Assembly (NCBI GenBank): GCA_003971905.1
Contig: RSEE01000090.1
Span: 186,001 to 250,000 of the forward strand
Source of the DNA: Moniliella sp. 'wahieum'
Taxonomy: Eukaryota
DNA length: 64,000 nucleotides
Direction: 5' to 3'
Under the pieces are notes generated by a model that did no database searches, was not told where the DNA came from, and saw only the letters and a list, made by a program, of their open reading frames with translations. Both the position numbers and the translations under genes were made by a program. Each line of letters begins with the position of its first letter. The stretch's first letter is position 1. Below, piece after piece: positions 26,095 to 38,927 of this stretch.

Positions 26095-26665
26095 GCGCGC
26101 AACAACGAAAATCAGGAGAAACCAACGCATCTCCCAATCCAAATGGGCCTGAGGAGGAACGGAAGCGACATTGGCCCTAATATTGGCCGAAGCACGAGCC
26201 ACCCGGCTCAACAACTTCCCTCCTCTGCCGTCTGTGCCAGCCAGTCAGCCAGGCAAGCCGAGCCGAGTCGAGCGGCCGAACAGGCCAGCGAGCAACTAAG
26301 GTGGAGCAGTGTCTGGCAGTGCCTCCTTCACATTGCCGTTGGTGCCACCAGGCGGCGCCGCGGCATCGTCTTTGGGTTATTTATATTGATTACTTGATTG
26401 GTGGCCGGTGATAAATGATTCCGATTGGCGTGGACGGCCGTATCTCCGACGTCAACTCCTGAAGAATCGCCGCGGGCTCCGTCTCCGCGGCACCAGCGCG
26501 GGGAGGTGGGAGCGCGGCGCCACTGCCATCCATCGTTGCTAGCACCATGGCAGGCGTGCGTGCTGGCAAGCGCTGGGTGACCACTCCCCCCCATCTCAGA
26601 ATCCACTAATAAGCATTCAGTACTCAGTTCCGCGCTCCAGCAACTCCACAACGCTCCCACCCATC

Positions 26666-27618
26666 ATGGCGCCCGACGGAACGAAGAAGAAAGCGCATCT
26701 TTATGACAGGCGCGAGCGGCTACATTGGCTCGGTCATCATCCAGTTCGCCGTCGCGCAAGGCTACTCCGTGGTGGGCCTGTCGCGGTCGGAGACGAAGGA
26801 CGAAACGCTGCGCCAGCTGGGCGCGACGCCGGTGCGGGGCGATGTGTACGCGTACGACGTGCTGGAGCGCGAGAGTGCCGAGGCGGACCTTGTCATCCAC
26901 CTCGCCGACACGCTGGGCGAAAAGATGGATCGGCCCTACGCGGAAGTGGTCAGCGACAGCAATGCAGCCATTGACGCTATGGCCAAGGGTTTGCAAGGGT
27001 CGGGGAAACCCCTGCTGATCACCTCGGGCACGCTCGTCACCGCTCCTGATCCCAACGGCCAGGAAACCAACGAGGACTCGCCCCTGATGCCCAACCCCTT
27101 GAACCGCCGCATTGATTCGGAGCAGCATGGCCTGGCCCAGTGTGCCAAGGGCATCCGAGCCGTTGCCATCCGCCTCCCCGCGTTCGTATACGGCCGCGCA
27201 GGCAGCGGCGTAGGTTTTTTATGCGCATGGCCGTCCAGACCGGGCACGTCACCTACGTCGACCCAGGCTCGGCTCGCATCACCACCGTGCATGTCGACGA
27301 TGCAGCCAGGCTGTACCTCTTGGCTGCGGAAACGGCCCGGCGGGCCAAGTGTACAATGCCGCATACGAGACGAACGTCACCTTCCTCGATCTCGCCCAGG
27401 CCATGGCAACCACCCTCCACCTCCCGCTCACGTCCCTGCCGTACCAAGAAGCGGTCGCTACCTTGGGCGAGTTCTTCGCCCGCTTCCTCTCTTTGGAAAA
27501 TCGCGCGTCCAACGCCAAGGCCATCCAAGAACTCGGCTGGCACCCAACGCAAATCGGGATCCTCGAAGACATTACTTCGGGGTCCTATGTGGAACTCGCC
27601 AAGAGTCTGCGGCAGTAA
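26666..27618 (+). CDS. NAD(P)-dependent epimerase/dehydratase-type atypical SDR oxidoreductase
   Basis: MTGASGYIGS Rossmann motif, VRGDV, ADLVIHLA, KPLLITSGT, AIRLPAFVYG, TTVHVDDAARLYLLA, YNAA and ENRASNAKAIQELGWHP. No intron seen; three apparent frameshifts. Confidence 0.9.
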
Positions 27619-29449
27619 GAAACTAATGCTCTTCTTGTTGCTCCCACAGTAGCTCATCCACATCACGAAAAGGCACCCGTCGTGGGCAACGCTAGTACGG
27701 CACACAGTGGGTGATGAGCCCTGCCGAGGACAGGGAACAGTGCTATGGAATGGACTACGTGCTCAGATCACACGATTGACATATCTTGGCTTCTTTAGAT
27801 CTGCATTCGGTTCATAGAGCGGTTCATGGGCCAAATAGCTTGACAGTTAATACATCTTGAAGGAGGTTCCTCTGCGGCACCTTGGCAAGCACGCACGACG
27901 AACCCAGGCAGGCAGGCAAGCAGGCAGGTAGTTACGATGACACAGCAATTTGAATGCACAGGCGGTTCGGGAGATGTACCAGAAATTAAAGAACCAATAG
28001 GAACTAGCTGCTCAAGAAAAGTGAAGCTCGACGGACCAGATGCAGACGCAGACGCAGACCACAGACGCAGATGCAGATGCCGACACCATCACCGCGGGCC
28101 GCAAATGTCGTTCTTCAGCACAGCAATCCTGCGCTCCACCACACTATTACTACACCTCAGTTGCTTTCCTCCATACCATCCCTCACCTCCGCCGCGTGCC
28201 TTCGCCGTGTGCCTTCGCCGTGTGCCTTCGCCGTGTGCCTCTCTGGGGGAAGCCTCCGCCGTAAGCCTCCTCCGCCTCACCGACAAGCACTCAGTTGAGG
28301 TTCAGCTTGCTCTCCCGCTCCGCGCTCTGGTACTAACCGCTCCCGACTCCACGCAGCATGGTCATGGGCATGGGCATGGGCAAGTGTGGTGTCCTGTCCT
28401 CGCTTCAATGGCTTGAGCACATCATGTCAGACTTGCACCCGCACCCGCACCCAGTCCAAGGTTACTTAGTGCATCATATTGCACGTATACGGATGAATTA
28501 ATTTAGCGGTGCAGCAGCGCCGCTCATTACATTCTCCTCCATCTCTCTCCTCTTTTGCGTGCGCTCCACGCCCGACACCCCGGCCATGACCACAACCCCA
28601 ACCACAACCACAACGAGCCGACCCGATTGATTGGGGAGGAAGAGGAGGGGACAAGACGTGGGCGCAAGGCGATGCGTACTGGCTAAGGACTGTCGATCGA
28701 AGAAGTGAGATGGGATCTGGCGCGTTCAGTTTAGAGGATCCGGAATGGAGCTGGTGGATCTCCACAACGTTAGTTGCGCGGGGACGTGAGAACGCAAGAA
28801 CGCGAGAGATAATGTGGCTGTGTACCGGATTGAAGGTGGGGTGCACGACGCAGAGAGAGCATGGCAACCAACACCTTACTTTGGAACGCCGCGCCGTACG
28901 GGCGAAGGAGCTGCTTCGTATCGCGGACTGCATGATGCATATGACGGCTGGAACAAAAAATGCAGAATGCGATGCCAAAGAACGCCATCAAGTACCACGG
29001 AGGACCCCTACCCCAAAGAACCATTAGTTCTTCTTCCCTTGGGTGATGACGACGCGAGGATCCAGTTTCCAGTTGGCTACCAAGATGGCGAACCAAACAA
29101 GTGTTTGGCTGGGCATGGGAGGAAAGGAAGTAACGAGAATGAAGGAAGAGTCGCCGTCAGTGGAGATGGCTGGTCGCTCGGATCTACTTTATAGCCTGTC
29201 CTTCTTACGCCCGCCGCTTGCGTCAGAACATTGGCAACGCGCACGCCGCTTTATTCAACAGGGATGAGAGCACCGCAACCCCCTTGGAACGCCTGGAGAA
29301 GGAGCTGCTTCGGCTGCTTGAACAAGCAGAATGCGACAAGAACGCCAAGTACCAGGACGCACTCAAGAGCCGTTTTTCCCCCTGGTTTTGACGACGCGAG
29401 GATACTACGGCACCAAGACGGCGGGCAAGTTGTTTGCGCATTGGAAGGA

Positions 29450-29721
29450 GTTGGCTACTAAGTCTCAGTGGAAATGGTTCCTCGCTCGGATGTCACATGT
29501 CAACCACGTTCCTCCGTGTTCACACGCGCTTCCTATGGTACGGGACCGGATGGCGAGAACCGGGGGGTCCTGATATCCTGGCGATCCCGCTGGTTCCTTA
29601 ATCTTGGTGGCGCTTCCAAGTAACCCCCGCAAGATGAACGGTTAGGTTTATAGACGTAGCGTTCCCCCTGTCCCAGCCTTCAAGAGTCAAGCTCTGTCAA
29701 TGAAATGGACGTGATCTAGAG
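29450..29721 (+). mobile_element. Dispersed repeat copy 2 (direct repeat of 25838-26094)
   Basis: Same sequence as copy 1 with two short insertions (tcacatgtcaacc vs tcaacc; ccttcaagagtcaagctc vs ccttaagctc). Confidence 0.75.
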
Positions 29722-30326
29722 ATGAGGCATGACCGATCCCGGTGATCATCGATCATCATGGATAGGAGCCCGTGCGCGGGATCAGGTCGATCAGGCAGGC
29801 TACTTCGTCCCTATGTTGGCACTTGCCCCTGTGCTGTCGAGGGCTATCGTTTCTAGGGTGCTTCAATCTTCGCCCCCACTTCAGTACCTTCAGTTGCGCC
29901 AAAAGCATAAACACACACTCCCGTCAGTCTCTCTCCGAGCTCAGTTTGTCTCTCAAGCCCTGAAGTGCCGCTTGCGGAATCTCCTGCCATTGTCATGATA
30001 GGTCACCATGAGCATGATCTTCTTTCTCATCCCCCTGTGTCGGATCCTTTGCCCCGTTCCCCCGACCCGACTTGCCCAGTGGGCTGTTGCACTGCTAGTA
30101 TGCTTGCCAATTGTTTCCATCCGCTTACGAACCAATTACGGGAGGAGAGCAAGGGGTCATGAATTTTTTGGCATGGGGTCCGAGACAAGGTGGTAGGTGG
30201 TAACAGGGTGATGGGGCAACAGATCGGGACATTTGAGCAGGACGAGCAGGACAAGAAGGTAAGGTACGGACAGAGACAGAGACAGACTGATCATACGAGC
30301 AGCACAGCAAACCAGGTCTCGGTGCC

Positions 30327-31407
30327 TCAACGGGACGGAGGGGTGCTGAGCATGGTGTCAATCGTGTTGGTGCGGCAATCCTTGAGGAACTGAACCAGTG
30401 GCGTGCCGCCTGTCCCGACCAAGGTCGAGTCTTTGCTGGCCGCCTCTAGGTCAAACGCATTGCTCAAGGAGCTTGGGGCAGGTGTGGGGGCAGGCGCGGC
30501 AGACGCGGCGGACGTGGAGGGAGGGAAGAGGAAGTGAAGTGGAAGTGGAAGAAGAAGCAGGGACAGTCATCTTGTTTGCAGCTGCCATGCCCACAGCGAG
30601 GTGAGCGGGCGGGGGGCGACGCGCTTGCTGGATCACATAGAGCGCGACAATCTTGACATGCTCATCGCGTAGCTTCTTGAGGGAAAGCAGAGCCGTATCG
30701 TACGCTTGACCGACACGCGGGTGGGACAGGCGCTGGTGCAACACAAATGCACGAAGAGGGTGCATGGGTTTGCTCGGTTCTTCCCCTTCCTCCATCACAC
30801 CCTCGCGGGCGGGCACAATGCCTCGCTGGGCGTCTCGCTCGACTTTGAGCTGCACCTCCAGCCGCTCGGCCAAGTCCGATCGAGGATGGAAGCCTCCCAT
30901 GCCATCCCCATCCTCATCATCATCCTCGTCCTCCCCTTCGTCCTCTTCCTCAGGTTCCCACTTAAGCGTGCGGAGATGAGTAAGAAAGTCGCGATGGTGA
31001 GACGGCATGTAAAGCATCATGCGCTCCATAAACGTTTCCTTCCCCTGTTTCTCGGACGCTTGGCGCGACCGCACGCGGCCGTGCGCATGGTCCACATCCA
31101 AAAACGCATCCAGCGAATGGATCAACGAACTTTGCCCGGCACTGGGGCCTGCTACTTGACGACGCGGTGCATCGACCGAGCCGGGGTGAGAAGGGTCGGG
31201 CTGAGGCGTACCGACACCTTCAAACACCCAGCCGCGACCGGACACCGAAGCGTCCGAACCCCGGAACCAAGGACGGATGGTCCAGTAAAACTCTTCGGGT
31301 ACACATCCGTCCCGCATCCGGCCCAGTGCATCGGTCATCCGATCAATCTCCTGGGCCAAGAGAAGCAGGTACTCTGTCACGCGCGCCGCTGCCACCTCGT
31401 CCGACAT
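30327..31407 (-). CDS. BNA2: Indoleamine 2,3-dioxygenase, C-terminal part (5' part unreadable, possibly extending to about 32250)
   Basis: FYWTIRPWFRGS, GPSAGQSSLIH, YMPSHHRDFL, proximal heme His in LRDEHVKIVALYVI and, after a frameshift near 30450, GTGGTPLVQFLKDCRTNT...PSR*. Confidence 0.88.
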
Positions 31408-33320
31408 GTGTAGCTCTGTTGGCCTAGGGAGCCGGACGGGCAGAAGGATGAGGAGAAGGTGATGGATTGGAGCCAGAGGGGTCTGGGTACAGAGGCATCT
31501 ATATAGGAGGCTGGACTAGGCACAGGGACAGTGAGTCACACAGGAGAGAGTGCAGGGCACAGGGACAGTGACACGCAGGGACGTCAGCGTGGAAGCCGAT
31601 GGAACCGAGGCGAACCTGGTCTACCGACTGGGAGCCAGAGGATCACAGTCAACACGGCGGTGTGCAGGAGCAGTGCGAAGCTGCAGAGGAGGTGGGGGAG
31701 GGGTGGTGGGACGGAAGGACGAAGAAAGTGGTGCTGAGCACAGCGTCCCCCCCCACCACCATGGCGCAAGCCATAGCCGCCATCCTACACGCTAAGCTCG
31801 CTTTTCCAAATCAGGAACACAGGCAGGCGGCGACCGGCGATTGGATGAAATTAACCCACGAAGAGCCCAGGCAAGAGAAATACGGGGACAAATTGGCCCG
31901 ACGCACGGCGCCAGTGTTGGCGTGTGGGGCTGAAATGTCTTCAGGCGTGCCGATCAGATTTTAGACCGATGGCGCAATGAGCTTTTTACTTGAAGCTTGA
32001 AGCTTCATTCATCGCGCCCACCGCGGATCCGAGAAAGATTGTGGGCGGGCGATGCATTGGTTTGGGTAAAGCCGATTTAGACGGGGAGGCTGAGCTCAGC
32101 CGCTCAAGTTGAAGTTCAACAGAACCGCTCCTAGAACTGAGCCCATTCTGCCTTGCCACGGGACGCACCCGCGGCGTGCCCACCCCGAAACAGAGGATGG
32201 AGAAGCAGCTGGGAGTGGGGCTGGGTGGGGTTTGACATGGTGACATGGCGAGGCTGCTGCGCCAGACGAGGCGCGGGCTGAGCCTATCATATATCAGCGC
32301 TAGCTCAGCAGAGCGAGCACCTACCTCCGGGCCTTACTCGATACTCACACACTATGCTTGGCGCGCGGCTTATTGCCCCTTGTCTCCGTCCGCTCAGCCT
32401 CAGCGCGTTCAGCCGCTCAGCGATCATCGACCAGCCACGAGGCTCATCGAGCATCTCCGACCTGCCGACGGGCAAGTAGATCACGTGCCCCCGCTCCACT
32501 CTACCGCTCGTCCAACGGCGGAATGGGCGGAAGAGGCGCAGTGACTAGTGACTAGTGACTAGTGACGAGTGACTAGTGAGCGTAGCGCAGCCCACCCACA
32601 CCTCGTAACTCAGTCTGAGTAGTCAGCCGCACTCTACAGTTATACTCTGCCCGTCCAGTCAACCTCCCTATCCCAGTGGCCCACCCTCGCCCACTCAGTA
32701 CTCAGTTGCTCAGCCTCGCTCGGCCTTGCTCAGCCGCCCAGCATTCTCGAAGCTCCCAGGCCGCACCTCAGCTTCCTAACGTCGACTCTCTTGATTCCCT
32801 TTTCCCTCCAGCCTGCTCCGCCGCATCGGGGCCCAAGACACTCGGCAGGGAGCACGCCTTCATCTCTCTATCCCGCACCAAAGCTACGCTGAACCGAGCA
32901 AGATTGGGGGAAACGCTCGGCATTGATCGAGAACAGTGTACAGCGTAGTAAAAGGGGATCGGACACAGAGTAGGTCAAAGAAAAGAGACATCTTTGGTGT
33001 CATACGGCATATGTGCGGTTCGGAGACGAGAAAACAGAATGCGGTGTGGGTCCCTCGTAGTTGCTGTTACGTCGGGTGAAAAAAGAGGACGGGAGGGGGC
33101 GGACGAGGGTAAATTGGTAAAAGGTGTTGTTTGGGAAGGCATGGTGGATACGTGAAAAATGGCAGCTACTCGCTGGATACAATCTAGGTAGGCTTAGCGC
33201 CCCGTTATGCACCAACGTCAACCGTGTAATGCAGGGGAAGGAGGGTGCAGCACCCCTTCCCTCCTCTCGCCCACACCTGGATGGAAATTGCTTGCTGGAG
33301 TTGGTGCGTATTGCGTGTAC

Positions 33321-34374
33321 TCATTTTAGCGGGCTAAACGGAAGAGGTTTGAGGATCTGGCTGTGCATCGAGTCAATGAGCTTGACAGTCTGGATAGCAA
33401 AGAGAAAAAAAGGTTAGCCTGGGTATTGCGTTCAGGTTGTCATACTGCAAGTAGGATCCAAAAAAAACTCACTGATTTGACAGTGCTGTTCCACGTATCT
33501 TCCTGCCACGCCGCGTCGCGCGTGATCTTGCGCTCCTCGAGCGAGGGGTAGGCCCAAATATGAAAGACCGTGTGCAGCCCGCCCACTTGGGTAAACCAAG
33601 CCCCAATCGGCTCCACATACTTGGTCCGTGCCTCCAGCCCCCGACGCCAGTAGGACGACCATTCCAACAGCGACCCCGGCTTGAGGTGGTACGTGCGCAG
33701 CTCAAAGATCCAATCTTGGTGAATCAGGTGCGGGGCGGGGACAAGGCCATGCATCTTTTCAAAATGCAATGCCTTGGGCACTTGGGTCACCGTGGGCCAA
33801 AAGGCAAACTCTTGTGCGAGCCAATTGGACCGGCTGCGCAGCGTGGGCGCCAAGTGGGGCTCGATGGCCATGTGCAACGAGGCAGCGGGACTGTCGGGCT
33901 CGTGTGCAGCATCGTACGCCGCGTAGGAATCGTGTCGCCAAATGTGGAAAAAGGTGTCTTGGTCTCCAATATGGACATGCCACGAGCCCAGCAACGCCGG
34001 CACATTGGCCCCGTGAGCGTGCTCAAATTGCGGGTACACCGAGCCCACCGCCTTTTGGTACGCTTCCACCGCAGCGGGCTGCACCGTGTGACGTACAATC
34101 TCGTGAATGTGCTTCCCACGACCCACCGCCACACTGTGCGCCAGCTCGCCTTCCTTTTGCGATTGGAAATTGCCATTGAGCAGCTTGCTGAGTAGACCTT
34201 GCCGCTTGGGTGCCACATCGTCCTCCACGTCCTGGGTGCCCGAGGAAGTAGAAAGGGGCCGAGCGCAGGGGGGAAGCGCGGGAGAGGAACGGCAAGGGTC
34301 GAACCCATCATGATAGTGGCGCGCGAGCCAGCTACCGACAGGGGGGGCAATGGAGGTGGGGAAGGAAGCAGCAT
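33321..34374 (-). CDS. NIPSNAP-family mitochondrial protein
   Basis: HSVAVGRGKHIHEIVRH, LLGSWHVHIGDQDTFFHIW, QEFAFWP, IFELRTYHLKPGSLLEW and GAWFTQVGGLHTVFHIWAYPSLEERK. An intron starts gtgagt at about 33472, and the last exon reads TVKLIDSMHSQILKPLPFSPLK*. Confidence 0.93.
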
Positions 34375-35799
34375 TGATGGTGGTGGTGTGCTGGAGAGTT
34401 GCGTGGGGCAAAAGGGTCAATCAAGGTGGGGGAGGTGGTGCGAGGAAATGGGGATGATGGTGGGGCACAGAAGAGCAAGAGGAAGGCTAAATAGGTGTCG
34501 GCTATCGGTGGGGCGAGCGGCTTAAGCGGGCGAATGCGCCAAAGCCAGACCCTCAATGAGGGGGCTGGTGGTGGGCTGAGCGAGGTTAACCCCGCAGTAG
34601 GTATGTGGGGCCCATGACGTCACAGGACAGCGCATCAGGTCAGTGTTCTGTACAGATCGAAGCTAGCCAGAGGGGAGGGGGGCGGAATTAACGGCGACGG
34701 GACGAGAGGGGAGGTAGCCCAGTAGCATGTAACGTTCAACGCGACGCTCAACGTTCAACGTTCAACATGTCAACGCTTAATCCCGCAGCTCTAGCTCTCC
34801 GGTTTATCGCCGATACCAATGCGTTCCAAAGCTTGGTTATCGACTGGTCGGGGAGGCAAATCATCGCGTGTGCTCGCTGTTGCGCCTACCCCTGCCCCAC
34901 CCTCGCACTGGACGACGGGACTGCACAGACCTTGCCCGCATTCAACGTTCCATGCTACATGCAATACACGCAACATTCAAGTTTTGATGGAGCTTGTACT
35001 TCGATCGAACAAAACAGAGCCAGAACCCACCAAACTTCCAAAGACACTGGCTAGGGTATCCTCTACGGAAATGGGCGGGGTACCCGGTCCCCAGGCGGAC
35101 GTTCTTGGGCCGACCCAGCCACCATCCATCCATCCACCGCTTCCTCGCTGCAACCTCCCCCGGCACGTACTCATCGCTCCCGTATACTTGCGGTCACGTA
35201 TCACCATATCACTAGTCCACGCCCCGAACCCATTCGCTCCCGAGCGTTTCCTTCCCCTTTCTACCTAGACTTGGTTGCCCCGTACCTAGTGGTCTTGTTA
35301 ACTTCGGCATGACACCAATGGCCCTTTCCATGATTTTCGCCCCTACGACACGACAGCACAATCGAAACCGATTCGATTACTTGCGGGAGCGTTCCGCCAA
35401 CAACCGTAACTCATACGCAAGCGACCAGCGGAAGCACAGACGGGGGATGTACATCTTGGACAAAAGGGGAGAGGAAAGCGGATGTGATCCGGCGAGGAGA
35501 GGGCGAGGGGTGGGCCGTGCTGGCATTCTCTGACAAGGAAACAGGAAACAGGAAACAGGAGACAGGAAACGGGAGACAGATTTTACTCTTGTGCATAAAA
35601 GTACATCATGACAGCCAACGACACAACGTAGCAGTCCGACGAGGGACAGCAGGACGAGAGGGACAAGCATACAAGGGCAGCGAGGGACAGGGAGGAACAG
35701 GCCGACGTCATGTAAGGCCCGCGGGACATAGGGCACATGACACGCACAATACAGAACAGGCGAAAGCAAAGGAGGTGCAAACAGGCTGTTCTTAGCGTC

Positions 35800-36820
35800 A
35801 ACGTCGTGCTCGTTTCGCTCGCCAGGAAGGCGACGATCCTTCGCCTGCCACTACGGCTGCGCGCAGCCCGACGGGGGAGGACAAGGTAGGGGAAGACGCT
35901 ATGGTGCGTGGGGACGGGAGGGGACTGCAGTGAGACGCGCCCTGGGGTGGAGAAGGTACCAGGAACGGGTCCGGTGGCCAGAGAGGTACCGGCGCTCGTT
36001 GCCCACCAACCAATCGTGCAGCTGGTGAGCAATCACACCCGCTGCCACGCCAGACGCGTACGCTTGTCCGGCCAGGGCAAGCAGGCCGTGGGCTTGCGAC
36101 CGAACACTCTCCTCCTCGGCTCCACTGGCCAAAAGCGGAGAGGCAAGGAGTAGGTGTATGTGCCGCACCACCGCTTCTAGGAACATTGTCTCCGATCCCG
36201 GTCCCGACCCCGACCCCGACCCCGACCGCGATCTTGAGCTCCCGTGCCCCCGCGCGGCGAAAGTAGCTGCCGAACCCGAAGCAGCATCCGGCTCCCCCAC
36301 GCGTTTGCGGGTCCGCCGAGGCGTGCCTGGCGCCACTTGCTCCGGTCCGTCGCTGTGAGCGGGGTAGGCTGCGCTCGGTGCACGAGGGCGCGGGCAAGCG
36401 GGGCAAGGTAGTGCTATGAGGGGTGCAGTAGAAAGCAAAGAACCCCGATTCGTCACAAGGGTCGACGGCGGGGAGGAAAGATTGGCGTTGAACGATGGCC
36501 TTGAATGCGCATGTGGTGGCAGTGGCACGCTGTGTGCCGGGGTAGGGGGAGTGGGCGCGACGCAGCGTACGATGCTCAGGCTCGCATCCCACACCAGACA
36601 CGTTTCGCCTGCTGGACACCCGGCAAGGCTAGATTGCCATCTTCGAATGGCGAGGTGCGCCTGGTCGGGGCTGGGGAACTCCTGCCGTGCCAAAAGGGAG
36701 AGTGGCGGGGAGGACGGCGAGTTCCACTGGTCATAGCTGCGTCCCAATGTGTACCACCAATGCCACAGACAAGACCGTAAACGAAAGACACTCGGGTCGG
36801 AGCGCGGAAAAAGGGACAAG
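35800..36820 (-). CDS. Hypothetical protein, weak resemblance to FAR1/WRKY-like (MULE-derived) DNA-binding domain
   Basis: QEFPSPDQAHLAIRRW...IVRC... then, in another frame, TCAFKAIVQR; helical segment FLEAVVRHIHLLLASPLL. The frames are broken. Confidence 0.3.
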
Positions 36821-38026
36821 GCGTGCGAAAAAAAAACAAGCCAATAAAAAGTTGGCTAAATGCGCGGGGCGCCCAACGTGATTGACGAGGGGACAAAATG
36901 GGATGAGTGACGCGTCGCGTCCACCCACTCTATCGGCGGTGGTGGGGAGAAGGCAGGAACAAAAGGATGGGAGGTATAGCTGGGGGTAGATGGGCACAGA
37001 CAGACGGCGGTGGATGGCGCGGACGAGGCGATGGGAGTAAGCACGGCAATGTTGCTGGCCTGCTTCCCAACTATTGGCGGTCAAAGCGCTTAGCGCTGCT
37101 TAGCCCCCAGAGTGGCGTGGAGCTTGAAGCTGAGAAGGCGAGGGATGGCAGGACCGGCAATAACGGACACGCGTTAATCGCAGGCTGAGAGTTGATTAGG
37201 CCACTTGTGAGGGCGGGAGGGGAAAGTGATGGGAACGTTGCACGTTGAACGGGCTGAGCGGGCCGAGATGTGAGGTGCGGAGACGTGCAATCGAAAGGGT
37301 CAGCCAGGCCGGATGCAGGATGCAGCTCGCAGCGGGGCGTTGGTATAGGATTTGAGAGTTATGCATTAGGGACTAGACCACCAGCCATGCCGTCCACTCC
37401 AATTTCAACTTTCAACTCCCAGTTTCAGAAGTCGACATTCAGCGCAGCTGCTCAGTTGTCAGACTGACATGTGACATGGACAGCTGGCCCAAGCTCAGGC
37501 GCTCAGATCTGATCGAGGGTCGATGGCTCTTCTGTTTCCATCAGTGACGTCATTTCTCGGGGGTCCTGGTCTGATATGCTTTGCTGGTCCCGGCCAACGC
37601 GGCCAACGTGAGGCTGAGGGCTTGAATCCCCCCACTTGCACCCCCAGGCCGCCTTCCCCCTGCCCATCGCACCCATTACTCCCTCCCCGCTCCAACCCAC
37701 TCAAGACCCCATCCATCCCACCGCGGGCCCATGCCCCATATGCGTCTCCGAGCATCAAGCATTACATCAATTGGGAATGAGAGTCGAACCAGGAGGGCTC
37801 GGAACCGGCAAGAGCGGTAGCAACAGCCAGCCACACAGGGCCACGAAGCACGCGCAGAGGGAAGGTGGGTGCGGAATATGCTTACGGTGACCGGGCATGC
37901 CAAGGTGCGAGAGGGTAGCAGAGAACAGAATGAGGCGGAAGCGAGTGTTACACGACACACAAGGAGGATATAATGTGGATGAAACGAAAACAGGGTCGGG
38001 TAGAGAGGGACGCCGTTAGAACACGC

Positions 38027-38927
38027 CTACCTCGCCCAGCCTTCCAACGGGCTCCACCTCCGGTCCAAAGGAGCTGTCCCACGAGTCGACGTGGATGCAT
38101 CTGGATCTGGCCCACAGCCACAGTCGTAGGTCTGGTCCAAGTTGGCACAGTCAAACTCGGGCTTGTGAAGGCGCGCATTGACCTTGTTGTGCAGCGAACA
38201 GAGCCAGGGAAGCCGACTTGCGCGAGCCGACCTGGGCCGGATAGCGCTCGAGCATGCCTTGGAAGTGGTTGGCGCAGTCGCCACAGGGATAGAGGCGGGA
38301 AAAGAGAGAGAAAAAGTCTTTGAGCATCTTCTTGTCCTGCTCTGTAGGCTGGTCGGGATAGCGCAGAGTCATGGTATGCAGAAAGTGCCAGGTGCGCGCC
38401 CGAGCTGGCCTTGGCCGTAGCATTGCCCATTTGGGGCATGATGGCCAGTCCATTGGGGTCGACCGTGTCCTTTGCGCCGGTGGCAGGCGCAGTGGACGCA
38501 GCAGCAGCAGCAGCGCCACCGACAACAGGGGCGGGGGGGGTAGCGGCGGCTGTGCTGGAGAGAGGGGAGGGGGCAGCAGGCGGCGGCGGGTTGTCGTGGA
38601 GATGGGTGCGGGCGCGGTCGCAGGCGGCAAGGTCTACCCAGCGGACATTGGGGTTCATGAGGCAGGCCTCAAAGAAGGTAGGGATCTTGTCGAGGCGGGT
38701 GGGGTAGCCTATGGGGTGTCCCTGGCCGACCTGGCCGGCGGGGTGGAAGAGGGCGGGGCGGGCGGCGGGCTGGTTGGCGGGGGCGGGCGCCCATTCGAGG
38801 GCCGAGGGGTCGTAGACGGCCGTGTGCTCGACGTAGAGGAAGGTGGGCACGAGGAGCACGGTGGCGGCGACGAGGAGGAGCAGGCCGAATCGGCGCACGG
38901 TGGGGGGGAGGCGGGGGGGGCGCGCAT
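38027..38927 (-). CDS. ERV2: FAD-linked sulfhydryl oxidase Erv2 (ER type)
   Basis: N-terminal TM (FGLLLLVAATVLLVPTFLYV), IMPQMGNATAKA, TWHFLHTMTLRYP, LYPCGDCANHF (CxxC), WLCSLHNKVNARLHKPEFDC and C-terminal YDCGCG shuttle motif. Confidence 0.95.

Noticed and set aside
1683..28240. 13-bp triplicates (CACAGCGTATCGA at 1683-1725; TGTGCCTTCGCCG at 28195-28240) and a 9-bp GCCACCGTN array at 25660-25732
   Set aside because: Ordinary, unrelated local minisatellites with no shared structure.
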